Positions 20,524 to 29,977 of a stretch of 64,000 bases of DNA are shown here, in pieces. The stretch's first letter is position 1. Each line of letters opens with the position of its first letter. This DNA is from Eubacteriales bacterium (GTDB lineage Bacteria; Bacillota; Clostridia; Oscillospirales; JAAYXM01). The stretch is from NCBI GenBank assembly GCA_045595365.1, contig JAZOAI010000035.1:5049-69048 (forward strand), in the 5' to 3' direction. The position numbers and the translations under genes are program-made. Below the pieces are notes generated by a model. It was not told the origin of the DNA. It saw only the letters and a list, made by a program, of their open reading frames with translations, and searched no databases.

Positions 20524-21678
20524 ATGGAAAACGAAAAGAAAGAAAGAAACATAACGATAGAGGAAAAAAAGCAAATTATCCGTGACCTTATCGAAACAGG
20601 AAAGAAAAAGGGCAAGCTCTCTCAGAAAGAGCTTTCTGCCGTTGCAGAAGAGCTTGAAATGAACTCTGACGAAATTGAAAAGCTTTACGATGCACTTGAA
20701 AATCACGGCATTGAGCTTCCTCTTGAGGAATTTATCGCAGAGCTCCCCCCGGAAGACGATTTTCTCGAGGATGCTCCCGAGGACCTCAGCGAAATCGAAG
20801 AAATCCCGGAGGAGGAGCTGGCTGACAGCGCATCTCTTCTCGAAGGGCTTTCGATAGATGACCATGTCCGCGTCTACCTCAAAGAAATCGGAAAGGTTGA
20901 CCTCTTAACTCCTGAAGAAGAGGTTATGCTTGCAGATAAAATGGCGCAGGGCGATGAAATGGCAAAGGTTCGCCTTGCCGAAGCAAACCTCCGCCTTGTT
21001 GTTTCTATTGCAAAACGCTATGTCGGACGCGGTATGCTCTTTTTGGACCTTATCCAGGAGGGGAACCTCGGCCTTATAAAGGCTGTTGAGAAATTTGACC
21101 ACACAAAGGGCTATAAGTTCTCAACCTATGCGACCTGGTGGATTCGCCAGGCGATCACCCGCGCAATTGCAGACCAGGCAAGAACTATCCGTATCCCCGT
21201 TCATATGGTAGAAACTATCAATAAAGTTATCCGTGTTTCCCGCCAGCTTCTTCAGGAGCTCGGGCATGACCCGACACCGGAAGAAATCGCCGAGGAAATG
21301 CAGATTCCTGTTGCGCGAGTCCGCGAGATTTTGAAAATCGCGCAGGAGCCCGTTTCTCTCGAAACTCCGATAGGCGAAGAGGAGGACTCTCACCTTGGCG
21401 ACTTTATCCCCGCAGAAGATGCTCAGGAGCCTGCAGAAGCGGCGTCCTTTGCCCTCCTCCGCGAGCAGCTTGTTGAGGTTTTGAAAACTCTCACCCCGCG
21501 TGAAGAAAAGGTCTTAAGGCTTCGCTTCGGGATAGAAGACGGCAGAACACGCACTCTTGAAGAGGTCGGAAAGGAATTCAATGTTACCCGTGAGCGTATT
21601 CGCCAGATCGAAGCAAAGGCTTTGCGCAAGCTTCGCCACCCCAGCCGCTCAAAAATGCTTAAGGATTTTCTCAACTAG
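20524..21678 (+). CDS. sigA: Primary RNA polymerase sigma factor
   Basis: Region 2 [15 protein letters not shown], region 4.2 [19 protein letters not shown], and an acidic region 1. Confidence 0.97.
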   Translation: MENEKKERNITIEEKKQIIRDLIETGKKKGKLSQKELSAVAEELEMNSDEIEKLYDALENHGIELPLEEFIAELPPEDDFLEDAPEDLSEIEEIPEEELADSASLLEGLSIDDHVRVYLKEIGKVDLLTPEEEVMLADKMAQGDEMAKVRLAEANLRLVVSIAKRYVGRGMLFLDLIQEGNLGLIKAVEKFDHTKGYKFSTYATWWIRQAITRAIADQARTIRIPVHMVETINKVIRVSRQLLQELGHDPTPEEIAEEMQIPVARVREILKIAQEPVSLETPIGEEEDSHLGDFIPAEDAQEPAEAASFALLREQLVEVLKTLTPREEKVLRLRFGIEDGRTRTLEEVGKEFNVTRERIRQIEAKALRKLRHPSRSKMLKDFLN

Positions 21679-21695
21679 GAAGGTGCAATTTTACT

Positions 21696-22505
21696 TTGAA
21701 GATTATAGACTCACACGCACACATATTCCCGCAGAAAATTTCGCAGAAGGCGAGCCGTGCCATCGGAGACTTTTATAACATCAGAATGCATCACGACGGA
21801 ATGGCGCACATCTTAAGCGAGCTATCGCTTGATGCGGGAATTTCAAAAACGCTTGTCTGCTCTACTGCGACTACCCCGCATCAGGTAGAGGCGATAAACG
21901 ACTTTATATTCAAAAAATGCAAGCAATATAAAAACTTTCTCGGGATTGCAACGCTTCATCAGGATATGGAAAACCCCGAGGCTGAGATTTTGAGAATTGA
22001 GAAGCTCGGACTTTCCGGAATAAAGCTTCATCCTGATTTTCAGAAATTCAGGATTGACGATGAAAAGATGTTCCCTACATACGCATTGCTTGAAAAAAAG
22101 AAGCTCCCCATTCTCTTTCATATGGGGGATAAGAGATATGACTTTTCCGGCCCGCGCCGGCTTATCAACGTTATGGAGCGCTTCCCTGACCTCATATGCA
22201 TCGCCGCGCATTTCGGCGGTTATTCCGAGTGGGACGAGGCTGAGCATTATCCCAAAAGCCCGAATCTCTTCTTTGACACCTCAAGCTCTCTTGATGTTCT
22301 GTCCCCGAAGAACGCTCTCGCGCTTATCGCGAAATACGGTGTCGACCAGTTTATGTTCGGAACAGACTTTCCCATGTGGACACCGAAAGAAGAGATTTCA
22401 AAAGTTCTTTCACTCGGGCTTTCGGACGAGGACAATAAAAAGATTTTTTCCGAAAACTTCGAAAGGCTTTTCGGCCTGACTGATAAAACGGAGGGGGAAC
22501 AATAA
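21696..22505 (+). CDS. Amidohydrolase-family metal-dependent hydrolase (TIM barrel, COG2159-like)
   Basis: TTG start. N-terminal IDSHAHIFP metal-binding signature. 269 aa. Confidence 0.75.
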   Translation: MKIIDSHAHIFPQKISQKASRAIGDFYNIRMHHDGMAHILSELSLDAGISKTLVCSTATTPHQVEAINDFIFKKCKQYKNFLGIATLHQDMENPEAEILRIEKLGLSGIKLHPDFQKFRIDDEKMFPTYALLEKKKLPILFHMGDKRYDFSGPRRLINVMERFPDLICIAAHFGGYSEWDEAEHYPKSPNLFFDTSSSLDVLSPKNALALIAKYGVDQFMFGTDFPMWTPKEEISKVLSLGLSDEDNKKIFSENFERLFGLTDKTEGEQ

Positions 22506-23698
22506 TGAAGCTTACTTTCCCGATTGTTCTTGACGGCGCGACAGGCTCTGAGCTTATGAAGCGTGGTCTTCCCCCAGGGGTGTGCCAGGAAAAATGGATA
22601 ACGGAAACCCCCGAGCCGTTGATGGAGCTTCAACGCGAATACGAAGCGGCAGGAAGCCGCCTTGTTCTCGCCCCCACCTTCGGAGCGATTTCGCACAAGC
22701 TCGCGCACTACGGCCTTGAGAGCGAGGCTTTTGAAATAAACCGTGCGCTCGTAGATGTTTCAAAGCGCGCAGTCTCCGACAATGTCCTTGTCGCGGCCGA
22801 TGTTTCGCCGACAGGGCTTTTCCCCGCGCCTTATGGCGGCGAAACCATGGAAAGCCTTGTTAAAAAATACTCGGCTCAGCTTTCGGCACACTCTGCGGCA
22901 GATGTTGTTGTTTCGGAGACGAATATGTCCATCGCCGATGCGCGCGCTGCGGTAATTGCCGCAAAAAGGTTGTATGACAAGCCGATTCTTGTTACGTTTA
23001 CGGTGGATGAATCCGGCAGAACCATGATGGGCGCAACTGCAGAGGCGGCACTTGTAATCTTCCGCGCGCTCGGAGTCTCGGCATTTGGATTCAACTGTGG
23101 CTCGGGTCCTGCCGAAATGCTTTCCGTAATCGAATCGCTTTCCGATATTCGCGGAAACCTTCCGCTTATCGCAAAGCCAAACGCGGGGCTTCCGCAGATG
23201 GTAGACGGCAAAGAAACCTACACTATGTCGCCCGAGGAGCTTGCTTCATATGCGGAACGCTTTGCAAAAGCGGGCGTTCGGGCGTTCGGCGGCTGCTGTG
23301 GGACATCGCCTGAACACATCCGCGCACTTTCCGAAGCAGTGTCATTCCTTTCGTTTGACATCGAAGGTGAAGCTGCACCCGAACATCTCGCAACAGAGCG
23401 GGTAATTCTCCCCGTTTCGGAGATTTCTCTCAGTGACGAAATCGCCTGCTCGGAATTTCTTATGGACGACCTTATGGACTGCTTTGACAAATGCCCGCTT
23501 ATAAGAATTTCATCGAATGACGACATCTCAATTTTTGAAGAAAATCAGCATGCAGCAGCGCTTCCCATCTGCATCGTGTGTGACGATGCGCATCTTCTCT
23601 CCCGCGCGCTTGTTTCCTATAACGGCCGCGCAGGTGTCAAAACCTCCTGCAAAGAAGCTCTGAGCATTGCCGAATTCTTCGGTGCCTATATTCTTTAA
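22505..23698 (+). CDS. Homocysteine S-methyltransferase-domain protein (MetH N-terminal-like) with an unassigned ~110-aa C-terminal extension
   Basis: LDGATGSEL start of the Hcy-binding barrel. Zinc-ligand cysteines in GFNCGSGP and GGCCGTSPEHI. Its start overlaps the upstream stop (taATG). Confidence 0.8.
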   Translation: MKLTFPIVLDGATGSELMKRGLPPGVCQEKWITETPEPLMELQREYEAAGSRLVLAPTFGAISHKLAHYGLESEAFEINRALVDVSKRAVSDNVLVAADVSPTGLFPAPYGGETMESLVKKYSAQLSAHSAADVVVSETNMSIADARAAVIAAKRLYDKPILVTFTVDESGRTMMGATAEAALVIFRALGVSAFGFNCGSGPAEMLSVIESLSDIRGNLPLIAKPNAGLPQMVDGKETYTMSPEELASYAERFAKAGVRAFGGCCGTSPEHIRALSEAVSFLSFDIEGEAAPEHLATERVILPVSEISLSDEIACSEFLMDDLMDCFDKCPLIRISSNDDISIFEENQHAAALPICIVCDDAHLLSRALVSYNGRAGVKTSCKEALSIAEFFGAYIL

Positions 23699-23710
23699 GG
23701 GGTGTGAGAT

Positions 23711-24472
23711 ATGTATTTTGATACACACGCACACCTTGACGACAAGGCATTTGACAACGACAGAGAGGAGCTTATTGCCTCTTTTAAAAAGGCAGGGGTC
23801 ACCCGCGTTTTAAATGCGGCATGCAGCCTCTCCTCATCAATGAAAACGGCAGAGCTTTGCGAAAAATACAGCTTTATCTATGGCGCCTGCGGGCTTCATC
23901 CCGATGCCGCCGAGAGCTTTGATTCCGACACTCTCTTGGCTCTTTCCTCTCTCGCAAAGCGCAAAAGAATCTGCGCTATCGGTGAAACGGGGCTTGACTA
24001 TTATTACGACGATGTTCCGCGCGAGAAACAGAAAATCGCATTTGAGGCTCAGGCTTCTCTTGCCTACGAGCTTCATATGCCGGTTATTGTCCACGACAGA
24101 GAAGCGCATCTTGACTGCCTTGAAATTTTAAAGAAATTCCCGGGAATCCGGGCAGTTTATCATTGTTTTTCGGGCAGCGTTGAATACGCAAAAGAGCTTG
24201 TGAAGCTCGGTTTTTATATGTCCTTCGGCGGCGCGGTCACCTTTAAGAACGCAAAAACCGCTCCCGAAGTGTTAAAAAGCATCCCGCATGAGCGCGTGAT
24301 GCTTGAAACTGATTGCCCGTATATGGCGCCTGTTCCGTATCGCGGAAAAAGAAACCACCCCGGGCTTGTTCCTCACGTTGCGGCGAAAATTGCCGAGCTT
24401 TGGGAAACTTCCGCTGAGGCGGTCGGGGAAATCACAACGAAAAATGCATTGACTTTTTTTGAAATCGACTAA
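23711..24472 (+). CDS. tatD: TatD-family metal-dependent hydrolase/DNase
   Basis: MYFDTHAHLDD, GETGLDYYY, and a conserved HCFSG region. 253 aa. Confidence 0.9.
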   Translation: MYFDTHAHLDDKAFDNDREELIASFKKAGVTRVLNAACSLSSSMKTAELCEKYSFIYGACGLHPDAAESFDSDTLLALSSLAKRKRICAIGETGLDYYYDDVPREKQKIAFEAQASLAYELHMPVIVHDREAHLDCLEILKKFPGIRAVYHCFSGSVEYAKELVKLGFYMSFGGAVTFKNAKTAPEVLKSIPHERVMLETDCPYMAPVPYRGKRNHPGLVPHVAAKIAELWETSAEAVGEITTKNALTFFEID

Positions 24473-24482
24473 AGGAGAAGCT

Positions 24483-25034
24483 ATGATTAACCACTGGAAG
24501 CAATTTAAATTCCGCATAGGAATGAGAAATATCAAAACGGCAATTTCGGCAACGCTTTGTGCGTTTGCTTATCTTCTTATAAACCGCGACCCTACCTTTG
24601 CGTGTATCGGTGCTGTTTTCGGCACCGGGAGCGATATGGAAAACTCGTGGCTAAACGGCGGAAACCGACTTTTCGGCACAATTATCGGCGGCGTTATAGG
24701 AATTGTTTTTTATCACTTTTATATGATGATTTATCCCGACGGTGACCCCCAGCGGCTTCTGATGCTTCTTTTTCTCTTTGTCGGAGTCGTGATTCTCATA
24801 ATCGCGTGCCAATTTTTCAAGTGGCCGGGGGGGATTCAGCCCGGCGGCGTTATTCTCTGCATTATCCTGTTCACAAAATCGGTGGACAACTACATCCCCT
24901 ACTCTTTAAACCGCATGCTTGACACTGCAATCGGCGTTGTTGTTGCCCTGATTGTGAACTTGCTTCTCCCTCGGGAAAGACTTATAAGTATTCTTCAGGC
25001 ACTTAAGCTCAGAAAAAAAGACGATGTGAAATAA
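24483..25034 (+). CDS. Small FUSC/aromatic-acid-exporter-like membrane protein
   Basis: Trimmed to the ATG at 24483 (aaaggag RBS). The RIGMRNIKTAISATL N-terminus is typical of the ArAE/FUSC-like family. 4-5 TM helices. Confidence 0.6.
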   Translation: MINHWKQFKFRIGMRNIKTAISATLCAFAYLLINRDPTFACIGAVFGTGSDMENSWLNGGNRLFGTIIGGVIGIVFYHFYMMIYPDGDPQRLLMLLFLFVGVVILIIACQFFKWPGGIQPGGVILCIILFTKSVDNYIPYSLNRMLDTAIGVVVALIVNLLLPRERLISILQALKLRKKDDVK

Positions 25035-25050
25035 TTCACATCGTCTTTTT
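25018..25050. terminator. Bidirectional intrinsic terminator between convergent genes
   Basis: 13-bp inverted repeat aagacgatgtgaa / ttcacatcgtctt with loop ataa. A T-run follows on the + strand and an A-run precedes, which gives a U-run on the - strand. Confidence 0.85.
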
Positions 25051-25074
25051 CAGATATTTAAAGCTTAAAACAAA

Positions 25075-25908
25075 TCATATCTTTTTGAGAATTGGCTCGA
25101 AAGCGATTCCGTCAGTTTTTGAAACTCCAAGCTTCTCCGAAAGCTTCGCCGCGCGGCAGATGAAATCCGAGGAGCTCTTCACCGCTTTTTGTATCGGCAT
25201 TCCCTTCAGAACATTTCCGAATACAATCGATGCAAAAAGGTCACCCGTACCGCAGAACTGCCCCGCAACGCATTTTGAGGAGAGTGAAAAAAGCTTGCCG
25301 GCGACAGCATCACAAATAATGTTCGAAACGCGCCTTTCACGGTAAATCCCGGTTATAACCGCACATCCGGCACCGAGCTGAGTGAGGTGAAGCGCGAGGT
25401 CAAAGAGCTTGTCGTCGTCTGCCTTTTCCATCTCTGCATAGTCACAGTCTGCGAGAAAGCAGGCCTCCGTCAGATTCGGGGTTATGATGTCCGCCTCGCG
25501 GACAAGCTCGCGCATCTTCCTGACAAGCCCGTCTGTGTATGTCGGATAAAGGGCGCCGTCATCTCCCATAACGGGGTCAACAAAAAGCATTGTGTTCTCC
25601 CGCCTGTTTTTCTTTATGAACTCAGATATGATGTCAACCTGCTCCTCACTCCCGATAAATCCGGTGTATATCCCGTCAAACAAGAGATCAAGCTTTTCCC
25701 AGACTGAAAAATAGCTTTCCATTCCGCCGGTTAAATCAGAAAAATAATAGTCAGAAAAGCCCGTGTGGTTGGATAGAATTGCAGTCGGCACAGGAAGAAC
25801 TCGAACTCCGATTGCGCTCATAACGGGGATCGTGACGTTCAGCGCACATCTTCCGAAACCCGACAGGTCATTCACTACAGCGCAGTTTTTCAGACTTTTT
25901 GTATTCAT
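25075..25908 (-). CDS. pdxK: Pyridoxal/pyridoxamine kinase (ribokinase superfamily)
   Basis: 277 aa. The N-terminal VNDLSGFGRCALNVTIPVMSAIGV...LSNHTGF pattern is typical of PdxK/PdxY-type kinases. C-terminal GTGDLF anion-hole motif. Confidence 0.75.
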   Translation of the reverse strand: MNTKSLKNCAVVNDLSGFGRCALNVTIPVMSAIGVRVLPVPTAILSNHTGFSDYYFSDLTGGMESYFSVWEKLDLLFDGIYTGFIGSEEQVDIISEFIKKNRRENTMLFVDPVMGDDGALYPTYTDGLVRKMRELVREADIITPNLTEACFLADCDYAEMEKADDDKLFDLALHLTQLGAGCAVITGIYRERRVSNIICDAVAGKLFSLSSKCVAGQFCGTGDLFASIVFGNVLKGMPIQKAVKSSSDFICRAAKLSEKLGVSKTDGIAFEPILKKI

Positions 25909-25935
25909 TTGTCGGGTCTCCCTTCTCTTTTGTGA

Positions 25936-27309
25936 TTAATCAATGTCAGGAAGTGCCGCAAAGCTTTTTGCAAGCTCTTCGTCACTCGGGACATATGCTT
26001 CAAGCTCGTTGTTATGGAACTTTTCGTATGCATACATATCGAAATATCCCGTTCCGGTAAGCCCGAAGACGATAGTTTTTTCCTCGCCGGTTTCCTTGCA
26101 CCTCATGGCTTCGTCAATCGCAACTTTAATTGCATGTGCGCTTTCCGGAGCAGGGAGGATTCCTTCAACTCTTGCAAAAGCCTCAGCGGCAGCAAAGACC
26201 TCCTTCTGGGAAACTGTAGTAGCTTCCATAAGCCCCTGATGATAAAGCTCGGAAAGGGTTGAGTTCATACCGTGATAGCGAAGCCCGCCCGCATGAGTTG
26301 CAGAGGGGATAAAACCGCTCCCGAGGGTATACATTTTTGAAAGCGGGCACACCTTTCCTGTGTCGCAATAGTCGTAGACATATTTTCCGCGCGTAAGGCT
26401 CGGGCAGGAGCTCGGCTCGACGGCAATAATTCTATAATCCCGCTCGCCGCGAAGCTTTTCGCCCATAAACGGAGCGATGAGCCCGCCGAGGTTTGAACCT
26501 CCGCCTGCACATCCGATAATTATATCTGCCTTGACGTTGTATTTGTCAAGCGCAGTCTTTGCCTCAAGCCCGATTACCGACTGATGAAGCATAACCTGAT
26601 TTAAAACGCTTCCGAGAACATAGCGGTACCCTTCAGTTTTTCCCGCCGCTTCAACGGCTTCTGAAATTGCACAGCCGAGGCTTCCTGTAGTTCCGGGGTG
26701 TTCTGCGAGGATTTTCTTTCCGACCTCAGTCTCCATAGAGGGAGATGGGGTGACCGATGCGCCGTAGGTTCTCATAACCTCGCGGCGGAACGGCTTTTGC
26801 TCATATGAGCATTTTACCATATAAACCTTACAGTCGAGGTCAAAATACGAACACGCCATTGAAAGCGCTGTTCCCCACTGGCCTGCACCCGTTTCCGTGG
26901 TAACGCCCGAAAGCCCCTGCTCTTTTGCGTAATACGCCTGCGCGATTGCGGAATTGAGCTTGTGGCTTCCGCTTGTGTTGTTGCCTTCAAACTTGTAGTA
27001 AATTTTCGCCGGAGTCTGAAGCTTTTCCTCAAGGCAGTATGCGCGGATAAGAGGAGACGGGCGGTACATCTTATAGAAATCGCGGATTTTCTGCGGAATT
27101 TCTATATTGACCGTAGTCTCGTCAAGCTCCTGGCGAACAAGTTCTTCGCAGAAGACCTCTGAAAGCTCTGCCGCCGTGATTGGCTTCTTGGTTTCGGGGT
27201 TGAGAAGCGGAGCGGGCTTCTGCTTCATCTCCGCGCGAAGATTGTACCAGTATTTCGGCATCTCCGATTCTTCAAGATAAATTTTGTAAGGAATTTTTTC
27301 GTTTGCCAT
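25936..27309 (-). CDS. trpB: TrpB2-type tryptophan synthase beta-like PLP enzyme
   Basis: 457 aa. The long N-terminal extension (PKYWYNL...) is typical of TrpB2. PLP-lysine motif SGSHKLN and glycine loop GCAGGGSN. Confidence 0.88.
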   Translation of the reverse strand: MANEKIPYKIYLEESEMPKYWYNLRAEMKQKPAPLLNPETKKPITAAELSEVFCEELVRQELDETTVNIEIPQKIRDFYKMYRPSPLIRAYCLEEKLQTPAKIYYKFEGNNTSGSHKLNSAIAQAYYAKEQGLSGVTTETGAGQWGTALSMACSYFDLDCKVYMVKCSYEQKPFRREVMRTYGASVTPSPSMETEVGKKILAEHPGTTGSLGCAISEAVEAAGKTEGYRYVLGSVLNQVMLHQSVIGLEAKTALDKYNVKADIIIGCAGGGSNLGGLIAPFMGEKLRGERDYRIIAVEPSSCPSLTRGKYVYDYCDTGKVCPLSKMYTLGSGFIPSATHAGGLRYHGMNSTLSELYHQGLMEATTVSQKEVFAAAEAFARVEGILPAPESAHAIKVAIDEAMRCKETGEEKTIVFGLTGTGYFDMYAYEKFHNNELEAYVPSDEELAKSFAALPDID

Positions 27310-27345
27310 AATACGTTATCTCCTTTCAAATCAACTAAAACAAGA

Positions 27346-27620
27346 ATAAAAAATCCTGCCCCAGAGCATTTGCTGGGACAGGATAAAAAAACAAATCCTG
27401 CGGTGCCACCCGGCTTGGCGCGAAAGGCGCGCCCACTTTACGCATACTTACATATGCAGACCTTTGGTCACGGAGAGCCACACTCCGTCGCACATACTCG
27501 AAAAAATCTTTCTGATTGCCCTCGAAAGCCCATTCAGCTTTGCACTTTCCGCCGCAATCACACCGCCTGCGGCTCTCTTGGGGAAAGGAAACAAGGCTTA
27601 CTTACTCTTCCTCAACGGTT
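27346..27620 (-). promoter_or_regulatory. T-box riboswitch leader (probably tRNA-Trp responsive) with terminator/antiterminator
   Basis: The - strand carries stem I elements (ggaagagta; AGAGAG box agagagccg...). It also carries the conserved T-box sequence ccgGGUGGCACCGCAgg (27399-27415 region). A terminator atcctgtcccag/ctggggcaggat (27353-27384) plus U-run follows. A GAA-UGG-G triplet context at 27530-27532 is a candidate specifier. Confidence 0.85.
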
Positions 27621-27626
27621 TAGGTC

Positions 27627-27655
27627 ATTATATCACTCCCGAAAAAATGTGTCAA
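27627..27655 (-). promoter_or_regulatory. Consensus SigA promoter of the T-box-trpB2-pdxK unit
   Basis: The - strand reads ttgaca, a 17-nt spacer, then tataat. Both hexamers match consensus perfectly. Confidence 0.75.
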
Positions 27656-27751
27656 GTATTTTTTCATTTTCATATATTGTTTTAAGAAAATTCATTGTAA
27701 TTTGCTTAAAAAGATGATATGATAAATAGAAACAATCAGGAGTATATAAAT

Positions 27752-28411
27752 ATGGATAAAAGAAAAAACCTCGGACTGCCGGAATACACTCTCGGCGAAG
27801 AACTCGTAAATTCAATCTCACACGGCTGCGGTGCCGTTTTCGGAATAGTTGCGCTTGTTCTATGCGTTGTTTTTTCCGCCAGAAGCGGAGATGCTTGGAA
27901 AATTGTCAGCAGCTCGGTTTATGGCGCATCGATGATTCTTCTTTACACTATATCAACTATCTACCACGCGCTCGGCATAAACCGTGCAAAGCGTGTTTTC
28001 AGAACGCTCGACCATTGCAGCATATATCTTCTCATCGCAGGAACATACACCCCGTATACCCTCGTTGCTATGCGGGGGCCTGTCGGCTTCTCGGTTTTCG
28101 GAATTATCTGGGCGGCGGCAGCGTGTGGAATTGCGCTCAACGGCGTCAGTGTTCAGAAATTCCGGGTAGTTTCGATGATCCTTTATATCGCTATGGGCTG
28201 GGCAGTTGTTTTCTCCGCAAGAACTCTTGCGGCAACAGTCTCTCTTGCCGGAATTATTCTCCTCATTTCAGGCGGAGTTCTCTATACAATAGGCGCGGTT
28301 CTTTACGGAATCGGAAAAACAAAAAAATATATGCATTCCGTGTTCCACTTTCTCGCCCTCGGCGGAAGCGTTTGCCACTTTATTTCGATCTTCTCTTATA
28401 TTATTCTATAA
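27752..28411 (+). CDS. Hemolysin III / PAQR-family membrane protein
   Basis: Trimmed to the ATG at 27752 (aggag RBS 9 nt upstream). Seven TM helices. N-terminal EELVNSISHG and C-terminal HSVFH motifs of the HlyIII family. Confidence 0.85.
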   Translation: MDKRKNLGLPEYTLGEELVNSISHGCGAVFGIVALVLCVVFSARSGDAWKIVSSSVYGASMILLYTISTIYHALGINRAKRVFRTLDHCSIYLLIAGTYTPYTLVAMRGPVGFSVFGIIWAAAACGIALNGVSVQKFRVVSMILYIAMGWAVVFSARTLAATVSLAGIILLISGGVLYTIGAVLYGIGKTKKYMHSVFHFLALGGSVCHFISIFSYIIL

Positions 28412-28810
28412 AAGAGAGTCCACACTTATGTTCGCTATCCCGTTCTGCTCAAACTCGCGGATATAGCTTTCCTTCCGCGCTGGAAGCTCTTCCGAATCGA
28501 CCTCACCCTCGGCAACATCGCGGTGAGCAAGCTCTTCGGCGAGGATTTCAAAAAATACGGCATCCTCATAGTCCATAATCGCTTCATGGATTCCGCCCTC
28601 TGAAAACGCGTTTGACGGGATGAAGCCCTCATCGGAAAGCTCAGTCAGTGAGTCCATCCCGCAGCGCAGGCATTGTGAAAAAATATGGCTTTCAACTTTG
28701 TCAAAATCGGGGATTCTGTCGTTCCCTCGGGTTGAATTCAGGACCCAGTTTCCTATATACACAAGATCAAGAAGTCTTCTAAACTGTTTCGTGGTAAGTT
28801 CAATCTGCAT
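28406..28810 (-). CDS. Hypothetical acidic cytoplasmic protein (134 aa)
   Basis: ORF with plausible coding character. The ATG at 28810 has a ggatggg RBS-like sequence 8 nt upstream. No family recognised. The 3' end overlaps the hlyIII-like gene end by 6 nt (convergent). Confidence 0.5.
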   Translation of the reverse strand: MQIELTTKQFRRLLDLVYIGNWVLNSTRGNDRIPDFDKVESHIFSQCLRCGMDSLTELSDEGFIPSNAFSEGGIHEAIMDYEDAVFFEILAEELAHRDVAEGEVDSEELPARKESYIREFEQNGIANISVDSLL

Positions 28811-28922
28811 TTTTATCACCCATCCATTTAAATACTATTCAATTATACAACATATGTTATTATTTTTCCACATATAAATAATCACGCAAAATTTTCATTA
28901 AATGAATCGGAGTTGTTTTTAT

Positions 28923-29975
28923 ATGAGTAAACTGCGTCTCGCCATCCTTTTTGGCGGAGCCTCAAGCGAACACGAAATTTCCCTGCGTTCCTCGGCAAGT
29001 GTGCTTTCGGGGCTTGACAAGTCGAAGTACGACATTTCGGTTGTCGGCATAACGCGCACAGGGGATTGGTATTATCTCCCGAAGGTGACACCCGAAGCTA
29101 TTGAGAAGGATACCTGGCAGAGCCTTGAAAAATATGAATGCACACTCTCCCTAAGCCGCAAAAGCTCAGGGCTCTATATATTTGAAAGCAGAGAGCTTTT
29201 CCCGATTGACGTTCTCTTCCCCGTTATGCACGGTGAAAACGCGGAGGACGGCCGCCTTCAGGGCGCGTGTGAGCTTGCGGGCATTCCGTGTGTCGGGCCC
29301 GGCTGCGCTTCCAGTGCCGCGTGTATGGATAAGTCTCTTACAAAGCTTCTCGCCGCAACGACGGGGGTAAAGCAGGCAGACTGGATTTGCGTAACGTCGT
29401 CCGATTTTAAAAAGCGCGATATACTTTCTGAAGTTGAGAAAAAGTTTGAATACCCCGTTTTCGTGAAGCCTGCAGGAACAGGCTCTTCCGTCGGCGCTGC
29501 AAAGGCAACTAACCGCGCGACTCTTGCCGAAGCGCTCTCCTCGGCGCTCGTCTACGGCGGCAAAGCTCTTGTTGAAGAATTTATCCCCGCCCGCGAAATA
29601 GAGACAGCGGCGCTCGGGAATGACTCCGTCTCTATTTCCGTTTGCGGAGAGGTTTTGTCGGCAACGGAGACATACTCATATGAATCAAAATACATAAACA
29701 GCGCATCAAAAACAGTCATCCCGGCAGACCTGCCCGCGGATGTTTCCGAAAAAATCCGCAATTTCGCGGAGAAGATATACCGCGCCTGCTCTTGCCGTGG
29801 CCTTTCAAGGGTTGACTTCTTTATACACAAAAAAACGGGCGAGATTATCTTCAATGAGATAAACACCATTCCCGGGTTTACAAGCATAAGCATGTATGCA
29901 AAGCTTTTTGATGCGTGCGGAATTCCTTTTCCTGAGCTTCTTGACAGAATCATCGCGTGTGCGGCGGAGGAATAA
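28923..29975 (+). CDS. ddl: D-alanine--D-alanine ligase
   Basis: Trimmed to MSKLRLAILFGGASSEHEISLRS. ATP-grasp motifs. C-terminal FNEINTIPGFT. Confidence 0.95.
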   Translation: MSKLRLAILFGGASSEHEISLRSSASVLSGLDKSKYDISVVGITRTGDWYYLPKVTPEAIEKDTWQSLEKYECTLSLSRKSSGLYIFESRELFPIDVLFPVMHGENAEDGRLQGACELAGIPCVGPGCASSAACMDKSLTKLLAATTGVKQADWICVTSSDFKKRDILSEVEKKFEYPVFVKPAGTGSSVGAAKATNRATLAEALSSALVYGGKALVEEFIPAREIETAALGNDSVSISVCGEVLSATETYSYESKYINSASKTVIPADLPADVSEKIRNFAEKIYRACSCRGLSRVDFFIHKKTGEIIFNEINTIPGFTSISMYAKLFDACGIPFPELLDRIIACAAEE

Positions 29976-29977
29976 TT

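Noticed and set aside
27370-27821. ORFs 27370..27717, 27464..27685 (+) and 27633..27821 (-)
   Set aside because: They lie in the T-box leader and promoter region of trpB2 and in the hlyIII upstream region. No RBS is present, and they are explained by the regulatory RNA.
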